Positions 21,333 to 32,044 of a stretch of 64,000 bases of DNA are shown here, in pieces. A program made the translations under genes and the position numbers. Numbering within the stretch: the stretch's first letter is position 1; the number at the start of each line of letters is the position of its first letter. This DNA is from Paramoeba atlantica (lineage: Eukaryota > Protista > Discosea): assembly GCA_977017575.1 (NCBI GenBank), contig CDRNVI010000140.1, positions 372,001-436,000 on the forward strand. Reading direction: 5' to 3'. The notes beneath the pieces were generated by a model that made no database searches, was not told the DNA's origin, and saw nothing but the letters and a program-made list of their open reading frames with translations.

Positions 21333-22541
21333 TTACAATTTTGAAAGTTCAGGGATTGGTTGATCATCCAAGAAACAGGAAACAATTTGATTGAATTGGG
21401 GAGCATATCGCAAATGAATGTTATGTTTTCCTTCTGGGAATTCAATCAAACGTGAATTGGAAATATGTTTGAGGAAATAGTGTGGGTGTTCTGGGGCGAC
21501 CATTGGGTCTTTCTTTCCGTGGAGGATGAGTGTGGGACATTCCACAGATTCGCATTCCTTTTTTTTGAAATGAATTTTTTTTATAATAATTAATATTATT
21601 AATTTTCTTTTGAAAATTGTATAAAAAGAGAGAAAAGAATTGAAGAGCATGTCCTTCATCACACATCACACAGACAAATAAAAATAAAAAGAGTGGAGAA
21701 CCTTTCGACAGACCTCTCCTTCTTTTTCAGTGACAAATTCTTTGACAACATCACAATATTGAGACCACATTTGTTGAAGAACTTCAGTTCCATAAACTTT
21801 TTCTAATGGTTCTCTCATTCGGGCACTCCAGTTTTTGATATCTCGAGTATTGTTGATTAATTCCGTATCTATGAAGTTCCTTGAATTTAGAAAGAGAAAG
21901 AGAAAAAAGAAAGAAAAAGAAAAACCTTGTGGAGTAAAATAAGCATTCCCACCAAACAAAACCAACTTTCTAACAGAAGAAGGAAACAAAGAAGCCAAGA
22001 GAACAGCAGAATTTGCACCATCACTCCAACCCATAACATCAAATCTTTCATTTTCATATCCCAAACATTTCATGATTTGGAAAGCATCTTTTGCATCTTG
22101 AGAGTAGAAAGAGAGAGAGAAAGAGCGGTTGGGAGGGCGAGAGAGGCCGTATCCTCTTGGATCGAATGAGATGGTTGGGCGAGAGAGAGAGAGAGAAGAG
22201 AGTTGGGGGAGGAAGTCTGATTTGGCTGTTCCTAACGCTCCTGGGAGGCAGATGATTGGTGTTTGTTTGTTTTTGTGTTCTTTTCCTTTCTCTATTATGT
22301 GGAAGGGGATGGTTATTTCTCTTTCTTTTCCTTCTTCTTCTTCTTTGGAATGGATGTGGATTGTTTGGGAATCTTCTTCGGTGATTGGGTTGTCCATGTT
22401 TGTTGTTTGTTGTTTTGGGAAATGGGTTTTTGAAAAATATTTGTTTGTTGTTATTGTTGTTTGAATTCGAGAAAGATGAAATAAAGAGAGAGGGGAGGAG
22501 ACGAAAGAATACAAAGAACGGTTGGTCAAACAAGGCAACAT
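21333..22541 (-). CDS. BPHL: Valacyclovir hydrolase / biphenyl-hydrolase-like alpha/beta hydrolase
   Basis: LPGALGTAKSDF, DPRGYGLSRPPNR, nucleophile GWSDGA, LVLFGGNAY, PTLILHGKKD (Asp), GKHNIHL (His); the N-terminus resembles a mitochondrial presequence. Confidence 0.85.
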
Positions 22542-22758
22542 TAGACGAGCGAGAAAGAGAGTGAAATAAGAGAGGGAAATTTTTGTGTGTCGAAGATAAC
22601 TTTTTCAGGGTGTTTTGTCCGTTCGGTATCTCTTTCTCCTTTCTCTCTCTTCTCTCTCGAACGAATTTACGTGTCGTCCAAAAAAAAATCTTTGACCATC
22701 TATCTTAAGAAAAGAAAAAGAAAAAGAAAAGAAAAATTGTCCCAAAAAAACAAAAGAA

Positions 22759-23925
22759 ATGGAAGAAGAGACAACAACAAACTCCTCTCTCTTTGTGGCG
22801 ATCTACGCTCTTTTAAGTGGGGTCGCTCCTCTCTGTTCCGCTCTCTTTCCCCTTCTTCTCTCTTCTAGAGGGGGGAGTGGGTTCTCTCCTCGAACCACTT
22901 ATATTCTTTTGGGGTTTTCTGCTGGTTTGTTGTTTGCGATTGCAACTTTGGATTTGATTCCAACTGCTGTTCAAATGGAATCTTCTTCTTCTTCTTCTTC
23001 TTCTCATCATCATCAAGAAGAAGAAGGGGCCTCTTCGCATGCTCATTTCCACACAAATCAAGATGTTTCAGAGAAGGAGATGAGTGAGGATCATCATCAT
23101 GATCATTCTTCACTTTCGATGGTTCTTTTCTCTCTTTTCTTCTTCTTCTTCTCTTTGTTTTGTAGTTTTTTTTTTCTTTTTTTCTAATTCTCATATCTCT
23201 CTTGGTCGAATTTTTAGGTTGGTGTTGGAGTTGGTTACTTTTGTCTTCTTTTTGTCGAACAACTAATGGCTTCGACCGGCCATGGCCATTCTCACGGGAT
23301 TGTCAAAAAAGATAAAAAGAAAGAAAAAGAAGGTGGTGAAGAAAAAAGAAAGAAATTCCAAAGAACTTCAACATCAACAACAGATTTCAAAGTATCAATT
23401 GTCCCAGGATCATATGAAGACGACGAAAAAATGACCATTGATGAAATGTCGCTCGACGAGGGGACATCTCCCCCAATCTCTTCTTCTTTATCTCTCATTG
23501 TTCCTGTTGGGTTGGGGATTCATTCAATTGTTGATGGTTTGATTGTTGCTGGAGCCATGAGCGCATCAGATGAGATTGGAATGAAGGTTATATTCGCAAT
23601 CATTCTCCATAAAATCCCAGATGGAATCGTTCTCTCTTCAGTTTTGATTCACCAGTTGGAGAAAAGAACGCTCATCATCATTGTTCTTGTGTCTTGTATG
23701 ACTCCTTTTGGAATCTTTTTAGGCACATATCTCTTTAGTGGATTAGAAATATCTCATCTTGCAATTGTTTTGGGTTTTGGGAGTGGCACATTCATCTACA
23801 TTAGCGCGACTGGTATTGTTCCTGAACTGACTGCACACAGAATCTTTGCTCTCCCCGCTTTGATCGCCTTTGTAATTGCTTACTTATCCATTCTTATGAT
23901 GGAATCTCTTCTCCACGCTCATTGA
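22759..23925 (+). CDS. ZIP-family (ZupT-like) metal transporter; one intron
   Basis: LLGFSAGLLFAIATLDLIP, His-rich loops (HHHQ, HHHDH, GHGHSHG), GLGIHSIVDG (TM4) and AIILHKIPDG (TM5). Confidence 0.9.
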
Positions 23926-24373
23926 GATCATCCTCCACACAACCAACAAAAAGAAAGTTTTACCAACACGTTTTTGTATATTATGGTGTAGGGGTAGTGG
24001 GTGGTGGGGTGTGTAAAAGAGGGTTGTTTTCCTGTTGTGTGGAACTTCGGAGAGGATTTTTTCCAAAAATGAGGTGGAAATATTCCCCAAAACCAACCAA
24101 CCATCCTCCACAATGTGTGAATCGTTTTTTTATTTAATGTTTTTGACTTTTTGAATGTGTTGTGCCAATCACGGACAAACACAAAATTGAGAAGGGAACA
24201 TCTCCGCCCCACGGATCGTTCCGTTCCATAAAATCTTCTCTTTCTTCTCTTTCTTCTCTTTCCTCTTTTCTTTTCCTCTCGCATTATTCTTTTGTGTTGC
24301 CACGCACAAAAAAATAACAATAAAAAACCGAGATATATACAAAGAACCACGCTTCAAAATATCCTCCTCTCTT

Positions 24374-24751
24374 TTACCCAACGTGAGTATGAGAATGGGA
24401 ATCTTTCTCCAAAATACTCTTACAATAACCACAACGGACCTCTCCCAAATCGGAATGGGCCATCCCAATTTTTGCATGGTCTGTTTGCTTTCGGTGAGAT
24501 TCGATACCATCAAATCGTTTGACCATAAAACCACAATCGAAACATCGATAACTCATTGGCATGATAGCAGAAACTAAGAGCTCTTCATCACTGATTGGAT
24601 AACGTGTCTTGCCGCAGAGAGTGCAGGTGGAAGATGCTGTAAAGAATGGAGTGGAGGGTTTGGGAGGAAGAGGAGGAGCGTCTTGAGGTTTGCTCGGGTA
24701 ATCAGGTAAGCCAGCAATTGATTTAATAGAAGCTCGAGGGTTTGATGCCAT
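24374..24751 (-). CDS. Small single-exon zinc-finger protein, degenerate ZnF-UBP-like
   Basis: Pro-rich N-terminus, then CTLC..YRCFDCGF..HRKQTDH..SDLGEVRCGYC, spaced like ZnF-UBP (C..C, CL.CG, H...TgH, dl.vwCy.C) but lacking one Cys. Confidence 0.5.
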   Translation of the reverse strand: MASNPRASIKSIAGLPDYPSKPQDAPPLPPKPSTPFFTASSTCTLCGKTRYPISDEELLVSAIMPMSYRCFDCGFMVKRFDGIESHRKQTDHAKIGMAHSDLGEVRCGYCKSILEKDSHSHTHVG

Positions 24752-25322
24752 ATTTTGTGGAGGGGGGAGGTGGATGTGGTGGGAGAAGGTGTTGTTTCTG
24801 AGACCACACTCGTAACGGAAAGAAAGAAGAAGAAGAGCGTGCTCCAAAAGACCCAAAACCCAAAAACAAAAAAAAAACAAAAAAAAAAAGTGATACCTCA
24901 AAATTTTATGGATGGTATTTTTAAAATTTATTTTATGCTTGATTACCATAAATAATAAAAATAAAAAATCAGTCAATTTTTCGGGGATTGGTTTTTCCAT
25001 TTTGAATGTAAAAAAAGATAAAAAAAGAATTTAAGAACCGTCATAAAAATAATTAAAAAATCCACCCAAAAACCCTTTTTGCACGTTGCAACAACAAACA
25101 ACAAACAACAAAACAACACTTTTTGTTGTTTCTTTTTCTGTCATTTTTCTTTCTTCTTTTTTTCTTTCCACTTTTTTCTCCCCGGGTTCACAAAACCAAC
25201 CCACCACAAACTCTTTCCTTCCCCTTGAAATTTCCACCCGTTTGTTGTTGTTTGTGCCCTTCTCTTGACCTTTTTGTCCCTTTTCGAAGAAGCTCCTTCA
25301 TCTCCCCGAATATCAAATAATA

Positions 25323-26266
25323 ATGGCTGACAAAGAAGAAGAAACCAGCGAAGACAGATCAACCGATGATACTTATTCATCCGAGACCGATTCCTCTGAC
25401 TATTCAAGCGATTCTGATGATTCTGATGAAGGAGATGAGTCTGATGATTCTTCCGATGATGAAAGTTTTGGAGCGTCTCCATCTCAAACAAAGGATAAAC
25501 TCAAGTTGGTCCTCCCAACCCGAGAGGTGATCGAAGATGAGAGTTTAGGTTTTTTTTTCTTTTGATATTTTATTTTAATTTTAAAAGAAAATACCACAAT
25601 CACCCAACGAAGACAAACACAAGGAAAGAATTTCCCCCCCAAAGTTCCAAAAAAAGGAAAATGATTCGGAAGAAAGAACAAAAACTGACTAGATCTAATG
25701 GAAAACATAATATAATAGGGATTGGTGAACTGCGAGAAAATTTAGAAAAATATCGCCGTCGAGTTCGTCAAATGGAATTGTATTCTGAACAACTCAGTTT
25801 TGTTTCTTTTTTTTTTTTTTGGTCTTTATGTTTGTGCTTTGTGTAATGTGAATCTCCTGTTGTTTTTCCATTTAAAATTTGCTTGAATTGAATGCCCTCT
25901 GTTTCTTGATTGAGTTGACTCTTACCCTCCTCCCAAAAAAAAGGATACCAGTTGAATCGAACAGTCGATGCTGTTGTGATCCTCCAACTCCAAAGAGAAC
26001 GGGACCTCGCCTACATCGCAAAACTGAAAGAAACTGTGGAAGAAAGCACCGGAAAGAAAGCTCCTTTGTATTTGGATTTGGATTTGCAGATGGTTCATAG
26101 TTCTCCTCAAGCAGAGTTAATCCCAACCCCCAATGCTCTTGATTTAAAGAAGGTCGAAAAAGCGAAGAAACCCAAGATCTCAAAGAGAACGAGCTCATTT
26201 TTTGGAAAAGTAAGAAAAGGAAAGGCTGACCAGAAGAAGGGAACAGATTCCCCCCTCAAATTTTGA
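25323..26266 (+). CDS. Hypothetical protein: acidic Ser/Asp N-terminus, coiled coil, basic C-terminus; multi-exon
   Basis: Coding-like segments MADKEEE..DESL, GELRENLEKYRRRVRQMELYSEQL and TVDAVVILQLQRERDL..SPLKF*. The exon 1-2 frame join is ambiguous near the C and A homopolymers at ~25635-25655. Confidence 0.55.
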
Positions 26267-26666
26267 GACATTTTTTTCATTTCATTCCGAACGCACCAAT
26301 TCATCTCTGGTATTTATTGTTGGTGGAACGACATTTTTGTGTTGTGAGAAGATAGAAAACCAGGAATGTAAAAATACAAAAAAGAAGAAAAGAAGAAGAC
26401 TGTGAATAGGTTTCTCACTCTCCAAAAGAAGAATTATGTTGTATAATATGAATAAATAATCTCCTCCAAAAAGAAACAAATGACAATCACAACACAAAAC
26501 ATCATTTGGGAGACTCGGAGTTTGTGTGTCTGTTGGGAATTTTCGTTGAATGGTGGTTCTCTTCACCCCATCTTTTTGTTGATTGTGAAAAATTGAAGAA
26601 AGGAATTTCAGTTGAATGAAATCGGCTGAAGGGCTCAAAAAAAATTGACCCCACACCCCCCTCTTT

Positions 26667-27325
26667 TCACATATTTTCTGAGAGTCCATTGTATTCGCGA
26701 ACCATTCTCTTTTGTAAAAAATTCCAATTATCAATCTTTTTCTTTTCATTTTCAAAAACAAAAGGAATTTAAATAAAACCTTCATGTTGTTGACAAACTC
26801 TTCTGAGTCCTCAGGAGAGATGAGGAGATCGCATCCTTCTCTCTCAATCAAAACAACATCATCCAGTGCAGTCGCAAATTTCATTCGACATTTGCATTGG
26901 GGGTTCTATTAAGAAAGAAAAAAACATAATTGAACCAAAAATGAAGAAAAGAAAAAAGAGAAAAACTTGAAAGTTGGAGTTCTACAAACCACTTCACCAA
27001 TCGAAATCGGACGCACATCCAAAACAGAATCAAATCCGAACGAAAACGAAACAGGCCAACCAGCTTGAATAACTAATTTCCCATCTCCCAAGAAGTAATT
27101 TTGGGGCATAATACACCATAAAAAGAGAATTGTGATACACAAACTTAGGATCAAACTCAAACTAACTTCGATTTTCAAATTGACAAACGTGAAGTAAACC
27201 CACAAACCAAAGAGCAAAACGGGTCCAAACCCAATCAATATTTTCGAGATCGGATCATACTTTGGATCATAATTCTTTTCTTCACTTAAACCACCCTCAT
27301 TATCAGTTAATTCCTTTTGGACCAT
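26667..27325 (-). CDS. 2-TM membrane protein with bacterial-PH-like domain, paralogue 1
   Basis: YDPKYDPISKILIGFGPV (TM)..WCIMPQNYFLGDGKLVIQAGWP..FDSVLDVRP..KFATALDDVVLIE..LLISPEDSEEFVNNM, resembling the bPH Y.i.d..L.I..G / ilISP.d.eeF pattern. Confidence 0.6.
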
Positions 27326-27550
27326 CGAAAAAGAATGATTGTCCAAAAAATTGTTCACTTCTCTTCGAAAAGGATTCCGAACAACAAAAAAAAACGAAAA
27401 AACAGAAAAATTAGTATTTTCTTTATTTAGGTAAAAAAGATGTTTGTTAACAACCTTATATGGTAAAGAAATGTTCAAGACAAATTTTTCCACTCTTTTT
27501 CGTTTTCGTTGTGAGAAAAGAGGGAGAAAAGAGAAGAGAGAGAGAGAGAG

Positions 27551-28151
27551 ATGGTCTTTGACGAAGCTTCGAGGCAGAGGCTTGTTTATCCTGCAAAATA
27601 TGATTTGGTAACTTATATTCTGGTTGGGATATCGCCTGCAATACTCTTGGGATTGATGGTATTTTATTTGTGGATTGGGGCGTATCTTGCAACTGGGATT
27701 ATGATAGGAAGTTTTTTGTTTGTTTCTCTTCTTCTTTGGTGTTGTTTGCCTCAGAGCTATCATCTTGATGAAGAGGACTTAGTTATTCGAGTTGGTTGGC
27801 CAGTGCGATACAAATTTGCGTTTGGATCTATTCTGGATGTCCGTTCGAGTGACTATGGTGAAGTATGAAGTTGATTTTCAGTTTTTCATCTTTTTCTCTT
27901 TTTTGACTTTTTTTTTTTTATTCGATACAAGAATGCATGCAAATGTCGAGTGAAATTTGTGACTTCATTTGGTGATGTTGTTTTGATTGAGAGGGATGGT
28001 TGGGATCTCCTTATTTCTCCTCAAGACCCTCAACAGTTTATTGCTGACATGAATGTTTCTTTTTCTTTTTTGTTTCTTGTTTTTGAAAGAAGTTAACATT
28101 TTTTTTTGAATGCAGAGAATGGTGAGGCAATACAATCGAGGGGAGGTGTGA
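27551..28151 (+). CDS. 2-TM membrane protein with bacterial-PH-like domain, paralogue 2
   Basis: YPAKYDLVTYILVGISP..LPQSYHLDEEDLVIRVGWP..FGSILDVR..KFVTSFGDVVLIE..LLISPQDPQQFIADM. Confidence 0.6.
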
Positions 28152-28465
28152 AAAAATGCCACACACACAAAAAGACCATTTAATACTCAAAAAACAAAGA
28201 TGTGTTTCTTTTCTTTCCCCAAACCAAAAGTCAAACAAAAGAATTCTTAGAAATTTTTTATTCATTTTGAAGATGTGTTGGTGTTCTTTTAATCACCAGA
28301 GGCCATATTGGTCAAACAATTTCATCATTCGATTTACAACTCAATCGAAAAGATTTCAGACAATCTCATTTTTCTTCGTTAATTTTTGTTCTCTCTCTCT
28401 TCCGTTTCTTTTTGTGAAAAACCGCTTGGCTTCGATTCTCCTCTCCCCCTCCTCGCCTCTGGAGA

Positions 28466-29489
28466 ATGGCGATGAAGCCAATCACAAGTGGCTCTTGGGA
28501 AACGACAAGACCAACCTTCATGCTCTATTCTGTTCTGATTTTTGTTTTTTTGTTGATTACCATTCTTCTGTTCGACTTTTTGGTCATGTTATCCTTCCTT
28601 CCTGTTTGGGGTTTGGTCATGGCTCTGGCATTCGAGGCTGATCGAAGGAGATCCATGAAGATTCAAAAGAGAATCAACAAGAATGAAGGAGGAGATGAAA
28701 GTATTGTTGCTGTGGCAAAATATGGTGAGGTTGAAGAGCTGTTATCGTTTCTATGGCAAAATATGAATGGGATATCTCACAGCTTTTTTCCTGCAATCCC
28801 AATACTTGTCTTCTGGATGATTATCTTTTCCACATTGGTTGTAACTCAAACAATGAGTTTCTCGTACACTCCCTTCATCTTCCTTTTCATTCTTCTTTTT
28901 TTTATCTCCCGGGAGTCTCATCTTGTCATCGCTTTTCTCCAATTCAATGAGAAGGGTTCAAGACCAGAAGAGAAGGTTGTTCATGCAGCAAACTACGACT
29001 TTCTGATGATCTTGATCATTGGAATTGGGCCTGTAGTTCTTTTGGTCTCAGTTGTGTTCTTTTTATGGAGAGGGGGAAATGATGCTCTCACTTTCACTTA
29101 CATCTTGGTTGGGAGTTTATTTCTTGTTGCCCTTTTTTTTTGGGTTTATTTACCTCAAACATTCGAATTGGAAGAGAAGAACTTTGCAATTTGCTCTGGT
29201 TGGCCAATGAGATACAAATTTGAATTTGATTCTGTTTTGGATGTTCGTCCTGTTGATAAATACGAATGCGAGTGTTATCTCAAACTTGCGACTGCATTCA
29301 ATGATATCATTTTGATCAAAACGAAATATTGCAATATCCTAATTTCTCCTCAAAACTCACATCAGTTTATCGAAGACATGAAGGTTTTTCCCTTTTCTTC
29401 CCTTTGTGAATTTAGAAAGATTGACAAGTTCTTTTTTTCAGAAAAAGATGCAAGTGAAGTTTTTTTACAAAAAGAAAGAGAGCATTTGA
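28466..29489 (+). CDS. Multi-TM membrane protein with bacterial-PH-like domain, paralogue 3 (extra N-terminal TMs)
   Basis: Four additional hydrophobic segments, then HAANYDFLMILIIGIGP..LPQTFELEEKNFAICSGWP..FDSVLDVRP..KLATAFNDIILIK..ILISPQNSHQFIEDM; the last exon is uncertain. Confidence 0.6.
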
Positions 29490-29603
29490 GAGTAAAGTTT
29501 TTTTTCGGTGGGTTCGCAAAAGTGATTCTTCGTTCCAAAAGATAAAGAAAAAGATATTTGATTTCGTTTTTATTATTTTTTTATGTGTGATATGGGGGAA
29601 GAA

Positions 29604-31599
29604 TTAATCAAAACGAGCTTGCCAGACCACAATATGATAAGGCTGATCAACTCCTTGGGTTGCGAGAATAGAGCCATAAACACCAATCTTAACCTCAGCA
29701 GATTCGTCAACATGCGCAACAATTCGGTGGATGTTTGTGTTCGTTTCGGTTTCGGAAAGATCGAATGTTGAGAGGGTGGGGTGGTCACCTTGGGATTGGA
29801 AGAGCCAGACGTTTCCAATTGAAATATCCTCTCTGTAAAAGAAAAGTTTTTTTGAGTTTGACGATTTTTAATTGTCTTGTACACATTGAAAGGGTGGGGA
29901 GAAAAAGAGGAAAGATAATAAAAAAAAAGGGTGAAAAAAGAAAAAGTAAAAAAGAATCACTTACTTGAGGGCGATGGTAATACGAGTTCCAGGGACTGCC
30001 TGAAAACGATAGTAATTCCATTGACCATTTTGAACCACACCAGAGTGTTCTACCCCATTCTCCATGACCACACTCTTTAAACTACAGTCTTCACTAGTCC
30101 AGTCATCTTTACAAAGGCAGTGTCCAGCAATACAGGTTCCATGATTCTCATCAGTACAGTCATTCGGACATCTGAGGGTAATGCTCCCGCTCAGTTCGTA
30201 CGAACAATCTTTGTATCCAAAAATACCAACGTGCCTGACATAATCATTTTGAGAAAAAAGAGAAAAAAGCTTTCAAAAGAAGAAATAAAGGGGAAGAAAG
30301 AGAAAAAGAAAAAGAAAAAGAAAAAGGAAATAAAAGAGAAAAGGAAGATTTTAAAATTATAAAAAACAGAAACACAAACCATTGAGCCAACCCAGGATTT
30401 TGGATGGTAAGACTAATATTATCACGAAAACTAATATCTCGATAATCGAATCTCGATTTAGTAGGTTCCTCATCGCCTTGTCGAACATACAAATCACAAT
30501 CGGCTTGATCGTTCAACTGACGAAGACTGAGTTCGATATTATTGGTTGTATAAGTTCCAAACGCAAAAAAGTTCCAAATATTGCCACCCACATATCCAGA
30601 GTATTTTGTTCCATCAAGGGCGATTTCAGCCACTCGTCGTTCGCAAATCTCGCCACTGTAACCAGGTTGACAGACACAATCAAAAGTATCACTACAAGCA
30701 CCATGCGCCTCTCCAGAACATTGATTGGGACACTCAGAATGTGCTTCAAAAGAAATTGAATAATCAGCTGAGTCAGTAAACCCAAACACACCAATATAAT
30801 AAGTTCCAACAATTGCTCCAGAAAGTCTCAAAGTGGAGTGAGAAGATGTGGTGGTATCTCTGGCATCGAAATTTGTCATAGAAGGAATAGACCCAAACTT
30901 GACGTAAAGATCAGCATCTTGGTCTTCCCCCTCTGTGTCCAGCGTGATATTGACTGTGTTTTCGGAGTTTTCAAAAGAATAGTACTTCCATTTTCTCTTA
31001 CCAACATGACCATTCACTGGATTATTTGGTGTGAGAGAAATAACAGCTTGACTACAATCTTCTCCGACAAATCCTGTTCGACAAGTACACACTCCATCGA
31101 AACTACAGCTCCCATGTCCAGAACAATCATTGGGACAAGCGGTTTTCAAAGTGGCCATCACTGTGAAATCAGAACCCAAAAACCCATAGACTCCCACATA
31201 ATAAACTCCTTCAGGTGATTGAATCTCAAATTTCATTCTCTTACTTGTTGAAATATCTCTCATATCGTATTCTTGTCGACTGGGGTACTTGTCCAAACGA
31301 ACATAGGCATCGATATCTCCTCCAGATCCAGTTTGGTTCACTTCAAATTCAATACTCGATTGTTGAGATCGACCAAAGAAATGAAAGAATTTCCATTGAC
31401 GAGTTTCAACTCGAGAGTCGACAGGAACATGGTTGGCCAACCCAATATCTGAAATCGAACAATCATCTCCAGACCATCCCGCCATACACTGACAAACGTC
31501 AGCAGGAGAACAGTCTCCGTTTGGTGGGGAACAATTGTTTGGGCAGTAAGCATTGATTGAAGCAATTGCCACAATCAAAAAAAGAATTAAACTCTTCAT
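29604..31599 (-). CDS. Secreted protein with four alternating EGF(tenascin-type)/PPC-like modules
   Basis: Signal MKSLILFLIVAIASINA; CPNxCS..G.C....C.C..GW.G.DCS x4, each followed by WK(Y/F)(Y/F).F..D.D.YV....P....D..D..YY(V/I)GV(Y/F)G (pre-peptidase C-terminal-like). No catalytic domain or TM anchor was seen. Confidence 0.72.
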
Positions 31600-32044
31600 C
31601 TTTTCTCTCTCTCTCTCTCTTTGTTGGAGCACCAAAAAGAAAAAAAAAAAAAGAGGGGAGAGAAGACAAAGAAAAGAGACAGAAAAAGCGTTCGACACGC
31701 AACTAAATTAGATCCCCAAATTTAGAGTTGTGTTTCTATTTTTTAGACTCTTTTTTTGATTCAACGAAGCATTTGAAAACGTGTCAAAAACAATCTCAAA
31801 TAATTGACTTTCAAATCTAAATGAAGTACTTTTATAATTTTTTAATTTGTATTTTACTGTATCAATAATTACAAAAAGGATCATGTTACTTTACGTTTTT
31901 GATTTGTTGTTTTTCTGTGAACCAATCCCGCTCATGGAAACTTCGGTGAACTTGTTTTGGTTTTCTTTTTTTTTGTTTTTGTTGTTTGTTGTTTGTTTTT
32001 TGCAGAAACAAGTTTGTTGACAGTAATATCTGAAGGGTTGAACA

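Noticed and set aside
21333-23925. Functional cluster of BPHL hydrolase and ZIP transporter with the GT90 array or TPP1 genes
   Set aside because: Both are ordinary conserved eukaryotic genes and nothing in the sequence links them beyond adjacency.
25560-25700. Programmed frameshift in the hypothetical gene
   Set aside because: The frame break lies at C and A homopolymers and can be explained by a sequencing error or an alternative acceptor (ggaaag|aattt); there is no supporting structure.
29604-31599. The EGF-repeat protein as substrate of the nearby GT90 enzymes (POGLUT-style pair)
   Set aside because: Its EGFs lack the C1-X-S-X-P/A-C2 and C3-X-N-T-X-G-S-F/Y-X-C4 consensus sites, and the genes are 12 kb apart.
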